A stretch of 63,703 nt of DNA from an uncultured Thermotogae bacterium (GCA_964443275.1 CAYUCE010000003.1:1-63703); one strand, 5' to 3'; numbered from the stretch's first letter, positions 10,708-21,955 are shown. Numbers and translations: made by a program. The notes: generated by a model not told the origin, from the letters alone.

Positions 10708-11303
10708 GTTAATACGTCTGTCGAGAAAGGGATTAACAAGAAGGTTTGATGTCCTAAAGGCAGAAAGGGCAGACGGTGGATACCTAGGTAATCAGAGGCG
10801 ATGAAGGACGTGGCTGGCTGCGATAAGCCTCGGGGAGCCGCCAAGCAGGCTTTGATCCGAGGATTTCCGAATGGGGCAACCTGCCTGGATGAAGTCCAGG
10901 TATCTGCTGCCCGAATTACAGTAAGGCGGCAGAGGCAAACCCGGGGAAGTGAAGCATCTTAGTACCCGGAGGAAAAGAAACCAAACGAGATTCCCCTAGT
11001 AGCGGCGAGCGAAGAGGGAGGAGCCCAAACTTGGCTAGCGTCAAGGCTGCATCCGTTGTTAACCAAGGGTTGTAAGTTTGATCCATCTTATCCATGCAGG
11101 GGTAAGGAAGAGAACTTGTATCTAGTCGAACGGCCAGCAAAGTCACTGGAAAGGGCGACCGGAGAAGGTGATAGTCCTGTAGGCAAAAGGTACAAGGAAT
11201 CTTTGTGATCTTACTTGAGTAGCGTCGGGCACGTGAAATCCGGCGTGAAGCTGGGAGGCCCACCTTCCAAGGCTAAATACTCCTGATTGACCGATAGTGG
11301 ACT

Positions 11304-11334
<31 letters not shown>

Positions 11335-11387
11335 GGAAGGGGAGTGAAATAGAACTTAAAACCGTCTGCTTACAGACAGTGGGAGGA

Positions 11388-11471
11388 GAGCAGTGGTTCA
11401 ATGTTCTGAAGTTCAACGTTCGAGGTTTTTTAACTTTGAACTGAGAACTTTGAACTACGAACTAGGCTTTC
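11388..11471 (+). other. helix-25 expansion / IVS-like hairpin inside 23S
   Basis: Lies between conserved CAGTGGGAGG and GACCGCATGCCTTTTG. The E. coli equivalent is about 14-20 nt; here it is 84 nt forming an imperfect long hairpin rich in GTTCAA/TTGAAC. Confidence 0.75.
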
Positions 11472-11879
11472 TGACCGCATGCCTTTTGCAGTATGAGCCG
11501 GTGAGTTACTCTATGTGGCGAGGTTAAGCGTAAAGCGTAGCCGCAGGGAAACCGAATGGTCTGAACAGGGCCAAAGTCATGTGGAGTAGACCCGAAGCCA
11601 GGCGATCTATCCGTGGCCAGGGTGAAGTCTGGGTAACACCAGGTGGAGGCCCGAACCCACCGAAGATGCAACTTCGGGGGAAGAGTTGCGGATAGCGGTG
11701 AAAAGCCAATCGAGCCTGGTTATAGCTGGTTCTCCCCGAAATAGCTTTAGGGCTAGCCTCCTAGTAATCAGTGGGGGGTAGAGCACTGGATGGATGAGGG
11801 CTAACCGATTCCAACCAAACTCCGAATACCTGCTGATGATCTAGGGGAGTCAGAACGCGGGGGATAAACTCCGCGCTCG

Positions 11880-11910
<31 letters not shown>

Positions 11911-12071
11911 CCCCCAAGTCCGGGCTAAGTGGTGAAGGTAGTTCCGTTGCTTAAACAGCTGGGAGGTTGGCTTAGAAGCAGCCATCCTTTAAAGAGTGCG
12001 TAATAGCTCACCAGTCTAGCGGTGGTGCGCCGAAGATTTAACGGGGCTTAAGCCCGGCGCCGAAGCTGCGG

Positions 12072-12145
12072 AAGGTTAGTAATCAGTCTTCAGCTTATAG
12101 CCTTTATGGTTTTTGGCTGATAACTGAGAGCTGATAACTAGCCTT
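12072..12145 (+). other. helix-45 expansion / IVS-like hairpin inside 23S
   Basis: Lies between conserved CGAAGCTGCGG and GGTAGGGGAGC. It is 74 nt versus about 22 nt in E. coli; the arms pair with several G-U wobbles. Confidence 0.75.
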
Positions 12146-12876
12146 GGTAGGGGAGCATTCCGCGGTAGGTCGAAGCCAGATTGCGAGGTCTGGTGGACGA
12201 TGCGGAAGAGAGACTGCCGGCATGAGTAGCGAAATCTGAGTGAGAATCTTGGACACCGAATGCCTAAGGTTTCCTGGGCAACGCTTGTCGTCCCAGGGTT
12301 AGGCGGTCCTAAGCCCAACCCAAAAGGGGTAAGTGATGGACAGCCGGTTAATATTCCGGCCCCTCTCTCAAACGTTGGGACTTGTTCCCTGAAGCGAAGG
12401 GGTGACGCTTTTGGCAAGGCTTTGCATGCTGACGGACGCGCATGCCCAAGCGCCGAGTAAGCGGGTGTAGGCAAATCCGCACCTGCGATGAGCAAGGCGT
12501 GATGGGGAGGGCCTACGGGCCCGAAGAAAGCTAAGTCAGAAGCCAAGAAAAACCTCTAGCGAGTTTGTGAGAGACCGTACCGAAAACCGACACAGGTAGG
12601 CGAGGAGAGAATCCTTAGGTGTACGAGCTAACTCTGGCCAAGGAACTCGGCAAAATGGCCCCGTAAGTTCGCGAGAAGGGGTGCCACCTTCGGGTGGCCG
12701 CAGTGAACAGGCCTGGGCGACTGTTTATCAAAAACACAGGACCCTGCCAACTCGAAAGAGGATGTATAGGGTCTGAAGCCTGCCCACTGCCGGAAGGTCA
12801 AGGGGATGGGTGAGAGCTCTGAACTGAAGCCCCGGTGAAGGGCGGCGGTAACTATAACCGTCCTAAGGTAGCGAAG

Positions 12877-12912
<36 letters not shown>

Positions 12913-12995
12913 CTAACGACTTGGGCGCTGTCTTGGCCAGGGGCTCGGTGAAATTGAAGTGCAGGTGAAAATGCCTGCAACCCGCGGCAGGACGG

Positions 12996-13034
<39 letters not shown>

Positions 13035-13359
13035 CTTGACCTATATCGTGCAGGATAGGTGGGAGGCTGTGAACCGAAGGCGCTAGCTTTCGGGGAGCCA
13101 CCCTTGAAATACCACCCTTTGTAGGTTGGGGTTCTAACCGGGCGTCCTTAATGGGGCGCTGGGACAGTGTCAAGTGGGCAGTTTGACTGGGGCGGTCGAC
13201 TCCTAAATTGTAACGGAGTCGTGCAAAGGTCCCCTCAGGCTGGTCGGTGATCAGCCTACAGAGTGTAAGGGCAAAAGGGGGCTTAACTGCGAGACATACA
13301 AGTCGAGCAGATGCGAAAGCAGGCCCTAGTGACCCGCTGGTTCTTCGTGGTAGGGCCAG

Positions 13360-13397
<38 letters not shown>

Positions 13398-13508
13398 AGT
13401 CCCTCCCGAGAGTTCACATCGACGGAGGGGTTCGGCACCTCGATGTCGGCTCATCTCATCCTGGGGCTGAAGCAGGTCCCAAGGGTCTGGCTGTTCGCCA
13501 GTTAAAGA

Positions 13509-13550
<42 letters not shown>

Positions 13551-13948
13551 CCTATCCGCCGTGGGCGTAGGAGACTTGAGGGGGTCTCTCCCTAGTACGA
13601 GAGGACCGGGAGGGCTGGATCGATGGTGAACCAGTTGTCCCGCCAGGGGCACCGCTGGGTAGCTAAGTCCAGACTAGATAAGGGCTGAAGGCATCTAAGC
13701 CCGAAGCTGACCCCAAGATAAGGTCTCCCTATCAGGTCCCTCCGAGACCAGGAGGTAGATAGGCCGCAGGTGTAAGCATCGTAAGGTGTTAAGCCGAGCG
13801 GTACTAATCGACCGATTGCCTTAATTTGGGCATCAAACCTTCTTGTTGCTTCCTTTCAGAGATTCAGGACCTGGGATTTAGATTCTAGGATTTAATAGGT
13901 TACTTTTAAGTTTTTCTAACCCCTAAATCCCGTATCCTAGCTTATTAA

Positions 13949-14063
<115 letters not shown>

Positions 14064-14167
14064 CTACCTTATTAGTTTTCAGTTACCAGTAGTCAGTTAT
14101 CAGCTTGAAAAAAACTTTATGTTTAAACCTGGTACCTGAAACCTAGTATCTGATACCTAAATCGCCT

Positions 14168-14242
14168 TCCTCGGTAGCTCAACGGCAGAGCGGCCGGCTG
14201 TTAACCGGTAGGTTGCTGGTTCGAATCCAGCCCGAGGAGCCA
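14168..14242 (+). tRNA. tRNA-Asn (GTT), CCA encoded
   Basis: Cloverleaf folded by hand: acceptor TCCTCGG/CCGAGGA, anticodon loop CTGTTAA, T-loop GGTTCGAATCC, 3' GCCA. Confidence 0.95.
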
Positions 14243-14351
14243 ATGATTTGTCTCCTTCCGTTAAATACCTTTAATTTCACAAGCTGTCGAATATGAATAT
14301 GCTTTGACCTAAATAAGCCCCAAAATCTAAAAAATTATATAATAAGAAATC

Positions 14352-15197
14352 ATGGCTGATCTAACTTTTTTCGGTGGAGTAGGCGAGATAGGGGGCAACA
14401 AAATTCTGGTCCAAGATGAAGATACCAGAATATTCTTGGACTTTGGAAGAAGTTTCGGCAAGGAAAAACTTTATTACGAAGAGCCTTTTCTCACTCCCCG
14501 AGAAGAAAAACACCTCCTAAACTTAGGCCTTCTCCCACCCATAAAAGGACTTTACAAGGATTCAGAAGAGCCTCCTGTAAACGGAATTTTCATTTCCCAC
14601 CCTCATCTGGATCATTGGGGATATACGTGTTATGTGGATAATCGAGTTCCTCTCTACTGTGGCGAAACGACCAAAAATATCATCTTAAACTACGAGTACG
14701 TTTCCTCATCCGGGCCCTCCAAGGATTACTACCTGGCCAACTTCACCAAGGACGGGAAAGATGTATTTAAGGAATTCAGAACCTTTAGGACCGGAGATAA
14801 GGTATCGATCGGTCCCTTAAGAATAGAGCCCGTACATGTAGATCACTCCATACCCGGTGCTTACGGATTTATAGTTCATACTTCCTCTGAAACAATTGCT
14901 TATACGGGAGATTTTAGGACCCACGGCCCCAAGTCCCGTATGACCGAGGATTTCATCAATAAGGCAACTCTAGCCAAGCCGGATATTCTTATAACCGAGG
15001 CTACCAATTTATCGCAGATTTCTATTTCCACTGAGGACCAGGTTAAAAATGAGCTAAAGTCGATGATAAAAGAGATAAATCCAAAGACTATCATTCCTAT
15101 CCATACCGAAAGGCCGCTTCTTTTCAAGCGATTTGCCGCCGACCTAAAGAGCGAGATAAGGATACCGTTCCCGGGAGAAAAAATTTCTTCTCCCTAA
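14352..15197 (+). CDS. MBL-fold metallo-hydrolase
   Basis: HPHLDHWG (HxHxDH) motif; the N-terminus resembles RNase J/beta-lactamase-fold proteins but the ORF is short (281 aa). Confidence 0.8.
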   Translation: MADLTFFGGVGEIGGNKILVQDEDTRIFLDFGRSFGKEKLYYEEPFLTPREEKHLLNLGLLPPIKGLYKDSEEPPVNGIFISHPHLDHWGYTCYVDNRVPLYCGETTKNIILNYEYVSSSGPSKDYYLANFTKDGKDVFKEFRTFRTGDKVSIGPLRIEPVHVDHSIPGAYGFIVHTSSETIAYTGDFRTHGPKSRMTEDFINKATLAKPDILITEATNLSQISISTEDQVKNELKSMIKEINPKTIIPIHTERPLLFKRFAADLKSEIRIPFPGEKISSP

Positions 15198-15309
15198 CCT
15201 AATTTGTAATTTCTTCCCCTTTTTAGGTAAGTATATAGCACTGTCTAAGGTCTATTTAAAATTTAATTTTATGATTAGAGTTTAGATAAAATTGACCTAT
15301 TGGTGAAAA

Positions 15310-16764
15310 ATGAACCCAATAAAATATTACAGCACAAATGATAAATCCAAGAGAGTCAGCTTTGAAACTGCGTTGCTGAACGGACAGCCGGAAGATTATG
15401 GCTTGTATATGGTCAAAAGATCAGACTTACCCACTCTGGACCCGGCACAAATTAAGGCTACGGAAGAGCAGTCTTATGCTCAAATTGCATTTCAGGTCTT
15501 GAATCCTTTCTTGGGTTCTGAAATTCCCCAACCTGAACTAAAATCCATACTGCAGGATGCTTATAGAGAAGATAAGATTACCACCCGGGTTGAGAGAGTA
15601 ACCGGTAAAACCTATATTATGTGGTTAACCCGCGGTCCCACTTACTCCTTTAAGGATTATGCAGCCAGATTTTTCGGCCGGGTCTTAAATTACTTTTTGG
15701 ACCGGCGAGGTTTAAGAAGAATTGTGATGGTAGCCACCAGCGGGGATACCGGGGGGGCGGTTGCCGATGCCCTGTACGACCTTGATAATGTGGATAATGT
15801 GGTTTTCTTTCCCACGGGTTCAATCAGCTCCGGCCAAAGAAAGCAGATGACCACCCTGGGCAAAAACATCTACACATTCGAAGTCAACGGTGATTTTGAC
15901 ATCTGTCAAGCCCTGGCTAAAAACATCTTAGGAGACAAGAAATACGCAAACGAAGTATTTAATGATCCGGATCGAATAACTTCGGCAAACTCCATAAGCT
16001 TGGGAAGATTGCTCCCCCAGATAGTGTACCCATTTTATGCATATTCCAGAGTGGCCGAAGATAGCACACCGATGATCGCCAGCATACCGTCCGGAAACTT
16101 TGGGGATATGATGGGCACCGTCTTGGCAAAAGGGATGGGACTTCCCATTTTTAAAATAATATGCGGGGTAAATGAAAACACGGAATTTCCCGATTTTCTT
16201 AAAAGCGGCGAATATAAGGTGCGGTCGACAAAGAGATCCCCTTCAACGGCGATGAATGTATCCCACCCCAGCAATTTAGCTAGACTTATCGACTTCTACG
16301 GTGGGCATATTTACGATGAGAGAGATCCGGTCAGCAAAAAAGTTATCAATCCTGGAGTAATCGATAAGATGCCTGATATGGAAGCTATGAGAAAAGATAT
16401 TTACTCGGTGGGAGTTAGCAACCGTGAGCATTATATGACTATGAAAGAAGTTTTTGATACTCACGGAGTGATACTCGATCCCCATGGAGCGGTGGGCTGG
16501 AAGGCGCTGGAAATTTATAACTTCGGCAACCATGACCGGCCGGCGGTGGTTTATGAAACTGCCGATCCGGGCAAGTTCCCGGGTGATGTACAGAAGGCAA
16601 TCGGGAAAAGGCCAGAAGTCCCCGAAAGGATGAAAAAGCAGGCTAATAAAAAAGAGCGAATTTACTCCATTGGAAATAGCCCGAAAGAAACCGACCAAGG
16701 TTTAAAGCTTACCGATTCTCAAGTCTCAGAAGCCAAGGCCAAAATTAAAGAATTGTTGTCCTAA
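15310..16764 (+). CDS. thrC: threonine synthase (long form)
   Basis: PLP-lysine context PTYSFKDYA, SGDTGGA, SANSISLGRL, SGNFGD motifs. Confidence 0.9.
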   Translation: MNPIKYYSTNDKSKRVSFETALLNGQPEDYGLYMVKRSDLPTLDPAQIKATEEQSYAQIAFQVLNPFLGSEIPQPELKSILQDAYREDKITTRVERVTGKTYIMWLTRGPTYSFKDYAARFFGRVLNYFLDRRGLRRIVMVATSGDTGGAVADALYDLDNVDNVVFFPTGSISSGQRKQMTTLGKNIYTFEVNGDFDICQALAKNILGDKKYANEVFNDPDRITSANSISLGRLLPQIVYPFYAYSRVAEDSTPMIASIPSGNFGDMMGTVLAKGMGLPIFKIICGVNENTEFPDFLKSGEYKVRSTKRSPSTAMNVSHPSNLARLIDFYGGHIYDERDPVSKKVINPGVIDKMPDMEAMRKDIYSVGVSNREHYMTMKEVFDTHGVILDPHGAVGWKALEIYNFGNHDRPAVVYETADPGKFPGDVQKAIGKRPEVPERMKKQANKKERIYSIGNSPKETDQGLKLTDSQVSEAKAKIKELLS

Positions 16765-16829
16765 CTTTAAACGAATTCCGCAACTTTTTGTAAAAAGCCA
16801 GTCCGGCTTATACCAGCCAAAATTAAACT

Positions 16830-17354
16830 TTGTCAAACAAAAGTTTTCTCAAAAGGCACAGAGAGGAATATACGGGAGAACACCGGTTAGGTGATGCCGG
16901 CCAACTGTTCTTTTTCTTGCTATTTATAGCCGTATGGATAGGTGATTCTTTCTTTTTTAAATTCACTACCTTCCCCAATCAATTCTTTCCACAATATATT
17001 CGTATACCGCTTGCCTTGCTTTTGCTAATTTTATCCGGTTATATGGCCAAAACCGGGCTTAGCATCGTATTTGGTGAGAGAAGGGATGAACTTCAGGTTA
17101 TCAGAGAGGGTGTGTTCGGCGTAGTTCGCCATCCTATTTATCTAAGTGAGATAATTTTGTATCTGGGTTTCTTGCTTATTAGTGTCTCGCTTGCTGCCAC
17201 TATTGTATGGATATTTGCCATCTGCTTTTTGCATTATATTTCCAGGCATGAAGAAAAGCTGCTTATAGATCAGTTCGGTGAGGAATATAGGCAGTATATG
17301 CAGAAAGTACCCATGTGGGTTCCTCGTATTAGAAAGAGTAGAAAGCCTGATTGA
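16830..17354 (+). CDS. isoprenylcysteine carboxyl / phospholipid methyltransferase family membrane protein
   Basis: Multi-TM protein with GVFGVVRHPIYLSE...EE..L...FGEEY..Y motif. Confidence 0.75.
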   Translation: MSNKSFLKRHREEYTGEHRLGDAGQLFFFLLFIAVWIGDSFFFKFTTFPNQFFPQYIRIPLALLLLILSGYMAKTGLSIVFGERRDELQVIREGVFGVVRHPIYLSEIILYLGFLLISVSLAATIVWIFAICFLHYISRHEEKLLIDQFGEEYRQYMQKVPMWVPRIRKSRKPD

Positions 17355-17535
17355 GTACGAAGTCGACTTTGAGCAGATATTTGGTCATTATTGAATAGTT
17401 TTAAATCATCCCGTACAGGTGTAGAAGCATGGAGTTAATTACGGTTCCGTTGACTCTTAGTTATGCTAAATTTCGATACTCGATATTTGAAATGCCCCCG
17501 TTTACCCTAAGACGGTACGAACTATGCAATAACAA

Positions 17536-18096
17536 ATGCTTAAAATCATTCTCACAGTAACAATTGTAGCGATCGTCGTGGGAAGCGGAGTATGCTTTTG
17601 GCCGGCTCCACAAACCGCTCAGCTTGCAAGGACACCGGCAGAGCAGAGTAAACAAAACACTATTACTCCTAAGAAAGAAGAGATAACAACTTTAACCATC
17701 CTTGTCCCCAAAAGTATCGAGGAGTACGAGAAGGCCATGACAGAGTGTGTACAAACAGGTAAGGGAAGCGATCCTGCTGAGACGATGCTATTTATTAAAA
17801 AGCAAGTAACCGTTCAAAAACCTATAGATGATATTGTTAAGGCAAGTGCGGAGGCTGCTGCTGGGGTAATAACAACTGGCGGAGGTCCCTCACAAGCGTC
17901 CGTTGTTTACTTAAAAATTAAAAATAAAACGGCATATATCCTGCTGAACATAGATGTTGATGGTTGGGCGGGCGTTTCGGTAAGCCTTGCCAAAATACAT
18001 CCTATTGTTGAAAAAACACTTCTTGAATTTCCGGAGGTTGATAAAGTTGTGTTTGGGGTTGCACCCGGAGATAATAGAGAAAATATCACTGAATAA
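17536..18096 (+). CDS. membrane-anchored hypothetical protein, GerMN-like C-terminus
   Basis: N-terminal TM helix. The C-terminal segment resembles GerMN domains; weak assignment. Confidence 0.5.
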   Translation: MLKIILTVTIVAIVVGSGVCFWPAPQTAQLARTPAEQSKQNTITPKKEEITTLTILVPKSIEEYEKAMTECVQTGKGSDPAETMLFIKKQVTVQKPIDDIVKASAEAAAGVITTGGGPSQASVVYLKIKNKTAYILLNIDVDGWAGVSVSLAKIHPIVEKTLLEFPEVDKVVFGVAPGDNRENITE

Positions 18097-18200
18097 AGGC
18101 TAAGGATATGTAAATGAATTGTAAGCTATGGTTAAAAAATTTGAATAAATGGGTGAAAAGCTAAAATTGGGCTTAGAAAGGCCTTAACGAGGTGTTTACA

Positions 18201-18635
18201 ATGAAGACTTTAATAGTCTATGACTCAAAATACGGGAACACGGAGAAAATTGCGAAATCTACCGGTGACGCCATCACCGGTGATGTCAAAGTGCTCCGAG
18301 CCGATGAAGTAAATCTATCTGAATTGGAATCCATTGACCTTCTCATCGTCGGTTCCCCGACTCATGGTTTCAGAGCCTCAAAGCCGGCACAAAAATTTTT
18401 GGACTCCATTCCACGTAACGCTCTTAAGGGTATTGATGTAGCAGCCTTTGATACCAGGATGCCAGCCAGTGAAGTGGCAATGGGACTGCGTTTACTTATG
18501 AAAATCGGCGGCTATGCCGCCCCGCGCATAGCAGGGGCACTTGAGAAAAAGGGTGGTAACCTGGCAATACCTCCCGAAGGCTTCTTGGTCAAAGGCAGAG
18601 AAGGTCCGTTAAAAAAGGGGGTCAAAGTACGATAA
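18201..18635 (+). CDS. flavodoxin family protein
   Basis: MKTLIVYDSKYGNTEKIA N-terminus and VGSPTH motif. GAGGTG SD before the ATG at 18201. Confidence 0.85.
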   Translation: MKTLIVYDSKYGNTEKIAKSTGDAITGDVKVLRADEVNLSELESIDLLIVGSPTHGFRASKPAQKFLDSIPRNALKGIDVAAFDTRMPASEVAMGLRLLMKIGGYAAPRIAGALEKKGGNLAIPPEGFLVKGREGPLKKGVKVR

Positions 18636-18729
18636 CGAAACCGATAAGAGACAGTTTTTTTAAAATAGCGCGTAAAGAGAAGTAATTTGGATGGAAAGTT
18701 GACTATATAAAAAAAAGAGGAGAAATTCG

Positions 18730-19300
18730 GTGAACGAATCAACCGCTGAGAAAGCAAAATACGGGAATTGGATTCCTACAAGACTTATTCTCATCCCAGG
18801 TGTGTTAACCCTTCTTTTTGCAGGCTTTTCTTTTCTGGTTCCCACCCTGGCTGTTGTCGCGGTTATATTCTTCCTAGGTTTTCTCTACTTTGTATATGCG
18901 CGATATTTGTTCTCACCGAGGGGAAGGAATATCCAGGACAGGGTGCAAGACCTAGTGATACATCATATGGGGGATTGGGACGGTACAGGGAAGGTACTCG
19001 ATATTGGCTGTGGAAGTGGCTCTTTGACCATTCAAATAGCTAAGAGATATCCTCAGGCTGAAGTCACTGGCATAGATCAATGGGGTAAAGGATGGGGGTA
19101 TTCGAAAAGTGTCTGTGAGAGGAATGCGAAAATAGAAGGGGTAGCGGGACAGATCTCCTTTCAGAGAGCAAGTGCTTCCTCATTGCCGTTTGATGACGAG
19201 GCTTTTGATATGGTGACTGGATATGATAAATGGATTTAACCTCACTATATAGGTGCGACAAAGTTCCGTAGGAAAGGGGGCTGTTGAAATAACCTCGCTC
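18730..19300 (+). pseudogene. class I SAM-dependent methyltransferase, C-terminally disrupted
   Basis: The ORF 18730-19239 has two TM helices, motif I VLDIGCGSG and FDMV, then stops. The expected continuation (FNLTI*VR..GKGG) appears in another frame with a stop. Confidence 0.55.
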
Positions 19301-19707
19301 GGGGTTATCTCAAGGGGATTATGGAGGCGGTGACTCTTGTCTAAGCAAAAGTCGCCGCCTTTCACTCTATATTAAAAGTGTTACCAGAATCCAGAGAGTC
19401 TACGAACTTTAGCCATCATAAAAATTACCGGAAGTGCTACATGCCCTAATTTTATCGAGATCATGGGTATTAGTGGAAATCAATTCTGTTAGTGAGTGGG
19501 CTTGCCCTACCGAATGCTATAACGCGCACCTTTTTAGAAATTCGAAATAGTAATTCATAGGAGGAATCATTCTTTTAGACTCCATGCCTACTTGAATAGC
19601 TTGCTTTTTCACCCTTTGCCCACTACTATAAAACTGAAGAAAAAAATAGTAAGTAAAAATATTTACTTCTGTAAGGTTTCAATACTTCATCAAAAGAGGA
19701 AATAGAC

Positions 19708-21300
19708 ATGGGAAAATCGCGAGGGAGAAATTCTGAGATCGGTAAATTTGAAGATAGATATTTACGAGATCTCCCGGTCAAAGCCGCCATTTTAGATGAA
19801 GAATTAAACATCCTTTATATGAACAAGAGATTGGAAGATCGGGTGGGCAAAGACGCCCTGGGGGAAAAATGTTATCTTGCCTATACAGACGATCCTAAGA
19901 AGTGTGAGAACTGTCCATTAATAGAATCAATCCCTCTCAACGAGTCTCGAAGTATCGTATGTGAAGGGGCACTAGGGGGCAAAATCGTAAAATTCAGGCA
20001 TAAAGCTATTGAAGTAGGAAAGAAACGAGTGATTTTGGAAGTTATGGAGGACATCACTCCGCAAATCGCAGCGGAAAGACAGTTTCAACAAGCACATCGG
20101 GCGCTTAGGTTGCTCAGTCAGTGTAACCAAATTTTGGTGAGAGCTGAAGATGAGAGTGAGCTGCTGGAGGAAATATGTGAAGCAATAGTTAATGTTGGGG
20201 GTTACTGCCTCACCTGGGTGGGATTTGCAGAGGATAAAGATGAAAAGATTGTACGGCCGGTGGCCCAGAGAGGGTTTGAAGATGGTTACTTAGAGAACAT
20301 AAAGATTACTTGGGATGATACAAAGGAAGGTAGGGGTCCTACCGGCACGGCAATCAGAAAAGCTGAACCATCTATAGCCAGAAATATACTTACCGATCCC
20401 AACTTTGAGCCTTGGCGGGAAGAAGCGGTTAAAAGGGGGTATGCATCATCCATTGCACTTCCCCTAATAGATGATAATGAGGTTCTGGGGGCTTTGAATA
20501 TCTACTCATCCCAATCGGACGCTTTTGCCAGCGATGAAGAAGATCTACTGATGGAGCTGGCGGATGATCTGGCTTACGGGCTAAAAGCTATCCGGACTAG
20601 AAAAGAAAGAAAAAAAGCTATAAGAAAATTAAGAAAACTCTCCCACCGATTAGTTGATATTCAAGAAACGGAAAGAAAACGTATATCCCGAGAACTACAT
20701 GACGAACTGGGGCAAGCTCTCACCGCCATAAGCGTAGACTTGGCCTTAATTAAGAAAAAACTGCCTTTGGATGATTTTCCCACCGTAAATACCAGAATAA
20801 GAGAGCTTGAGGATCTAGTTGATCAAACAGATGAACAGGTGCGGGATTTTGCTTCTAATTTACGTCCTCCCATGCTGGATGACATGGATTTAATTGCTGC
20901 CTTGAAGTTTTATTTAGGCAAATGCGAGAAAAAATATGGGGTTAACGTTCAATTTGAGGCGCATTTGGATGGTAGATTCAATCAGAATTTGGAAATCACC
21001 TTATTTCGGGCAGTTCAAGAGAGTCTTACCAACGCAGTTCGCCATGGGAAAGCCGATAAGATCTTGGTCGATTTGCGGGGTAAAACAGATTATATAAAGT
21101 TGGAGATAGAGGATAACGGCAAAGGCTTCGATGTACAAGAAGTTCAAAACAATAAGGGTGAGGAAAAAGGAATAGGCTTGATGGGAATGCGGGAGAGGAT
21201 CAACCTCTTAGATGGTGACTTTCAAGTTCAATCAAGCCCGGGAAAAGGGACCAGGATTTCAGTAGCTATACCCATAAGTGAGGGAAGGAAGATTGATTAA
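19708..21300 (+). CDS. sensor histidine kinase (Cys-rich PAS-like N-terminus, GAF, HisKA_3, HATPase_c)
   Basis: RISRELHDELGQ H-box (HisKA_3), N-box QESLTNAVRHG, G-boxes DNGKGF / GIGLMGMRER; GAF-like central region. Confidence 0.9.
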   Translation: MGKSRGRNSEIGKFEDRYLRDLPVKAAILDEELNILYMNKRLEDRVGKDALGEKCYLAYTDDPKKCENCPLIESIPLNESRSIVCEGALGGKIVKFRHKAIEVGKKRVILEVMEDITPQIAAERQFQQAHRALRLLSQCNQILVRAEDESELLEEICEAIVNVGGYCLTWVGFAEDKDEKIVRPVAQRGFEDGYLENIKITWDDTKEGRGPTGTAIRKAEPSIARNILTDPNFEPWREEAVKRGYASSIALPLIDDNEVLGALNIYSSQSDAFASDEEDLLMELADDLAYGLKAIRTRKERKKAIRKLRKLSHRLVDIQETERKRISRELHDELGQALTAISVDLALIKKKLPLDDFPTVNTRIRELEDLVDQTDEQVRDFASNLRPPMLDDMDLIAALKFYLGKCEKKYGVNVQFEAHLDGRFNQNLEITLFRAVQESLTNAVRHGKADKILVDLRGKTDYIKLEIEDNGKGFDVQEVQNNKGEEKGIGLMGMRERINLLDGDFQVQSSPGKGTRISVAIPISEGRKID

Positions 21301-21955
21301 AGTTATTCTAGCTGATGATCATGTGGTAGTGAGAAAGGGGTTGGCCACCCTTATTGAATCCGAGATGGATATTGAGGTAATAGGAGAGGTCAGTGACGGA
21401 AAGGAAGCTATTGAGCTTACCAGAGAAGCTAAGCCGGATGTGGTGATTATGGATATTTCGATGCCCAACTTAAACGGTCTGGAAGCCACCCGCAGGATAA
21501 AAAGTGAAATGCCGGAGGTAAGAGTCTTAGCCCTTACTGTTCACTCCGATGATGAGTATATTTTTCGAATTCTGCGGGCGGGAGCCTCGGGATATTTATT
21601 GAAAAAAACTGCTCCTGATGAACTAATCTCTGCCATTCGTACCTTGCATGGAGGAGGAGCTTATTTAGGATCATCCATTTCCGAGTCGGTGGTACAAGCA
21701 TTCCGAGAACGTCCTTCGCCCTGGGAAGCGGAAAGTAAATACGACGAACTTACGGATAGGGAAAGAGAGATCTTACAGTTAATTGCCGAGGGAAACACCA
21801 CCAAGGATATCGCGGAAAAACTTTATATAAGTACTAATACTGTCTCTACGCACCGGAAGAACCTGATGGAAAAGTTAGGTATTCATTCTATAGCCGGACT
21901 CACTCAATATGCTATTCAAAAGGGATTAGTAGAGGTAGAAGCTACTGAGGAGTGA
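21278..21955 (+). CDS. NarL/LuxR-family response regulator
   Basis: Receiver domain (ILADDH, DVVIMDISMP) plus LuxR HTH (LTDREREIL...GNTTKDIAEKLYIS.NTV..HR.N). The real start may be the TTG near 21290. Confidence 0.9.
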   Translation: MREGRLIKVILADDHVVVRKGLATLIESEMDIEVIGEVSDGKEAIELTREAKPDVVIMDISMPNLNGLEATRRIKSEMPEVRVLALTVHSDDEYIFRILRAGASGYLLKKTAPDELISAIRTLHGGGAYLGSSISESVVQAFRERPSPWEAESKYDELTDREREILQLIAEGNTTKDIAEKLYISTNTVSTHRKNLMEKLGIHSIAGLTQYAIQKGLVEVEATEE

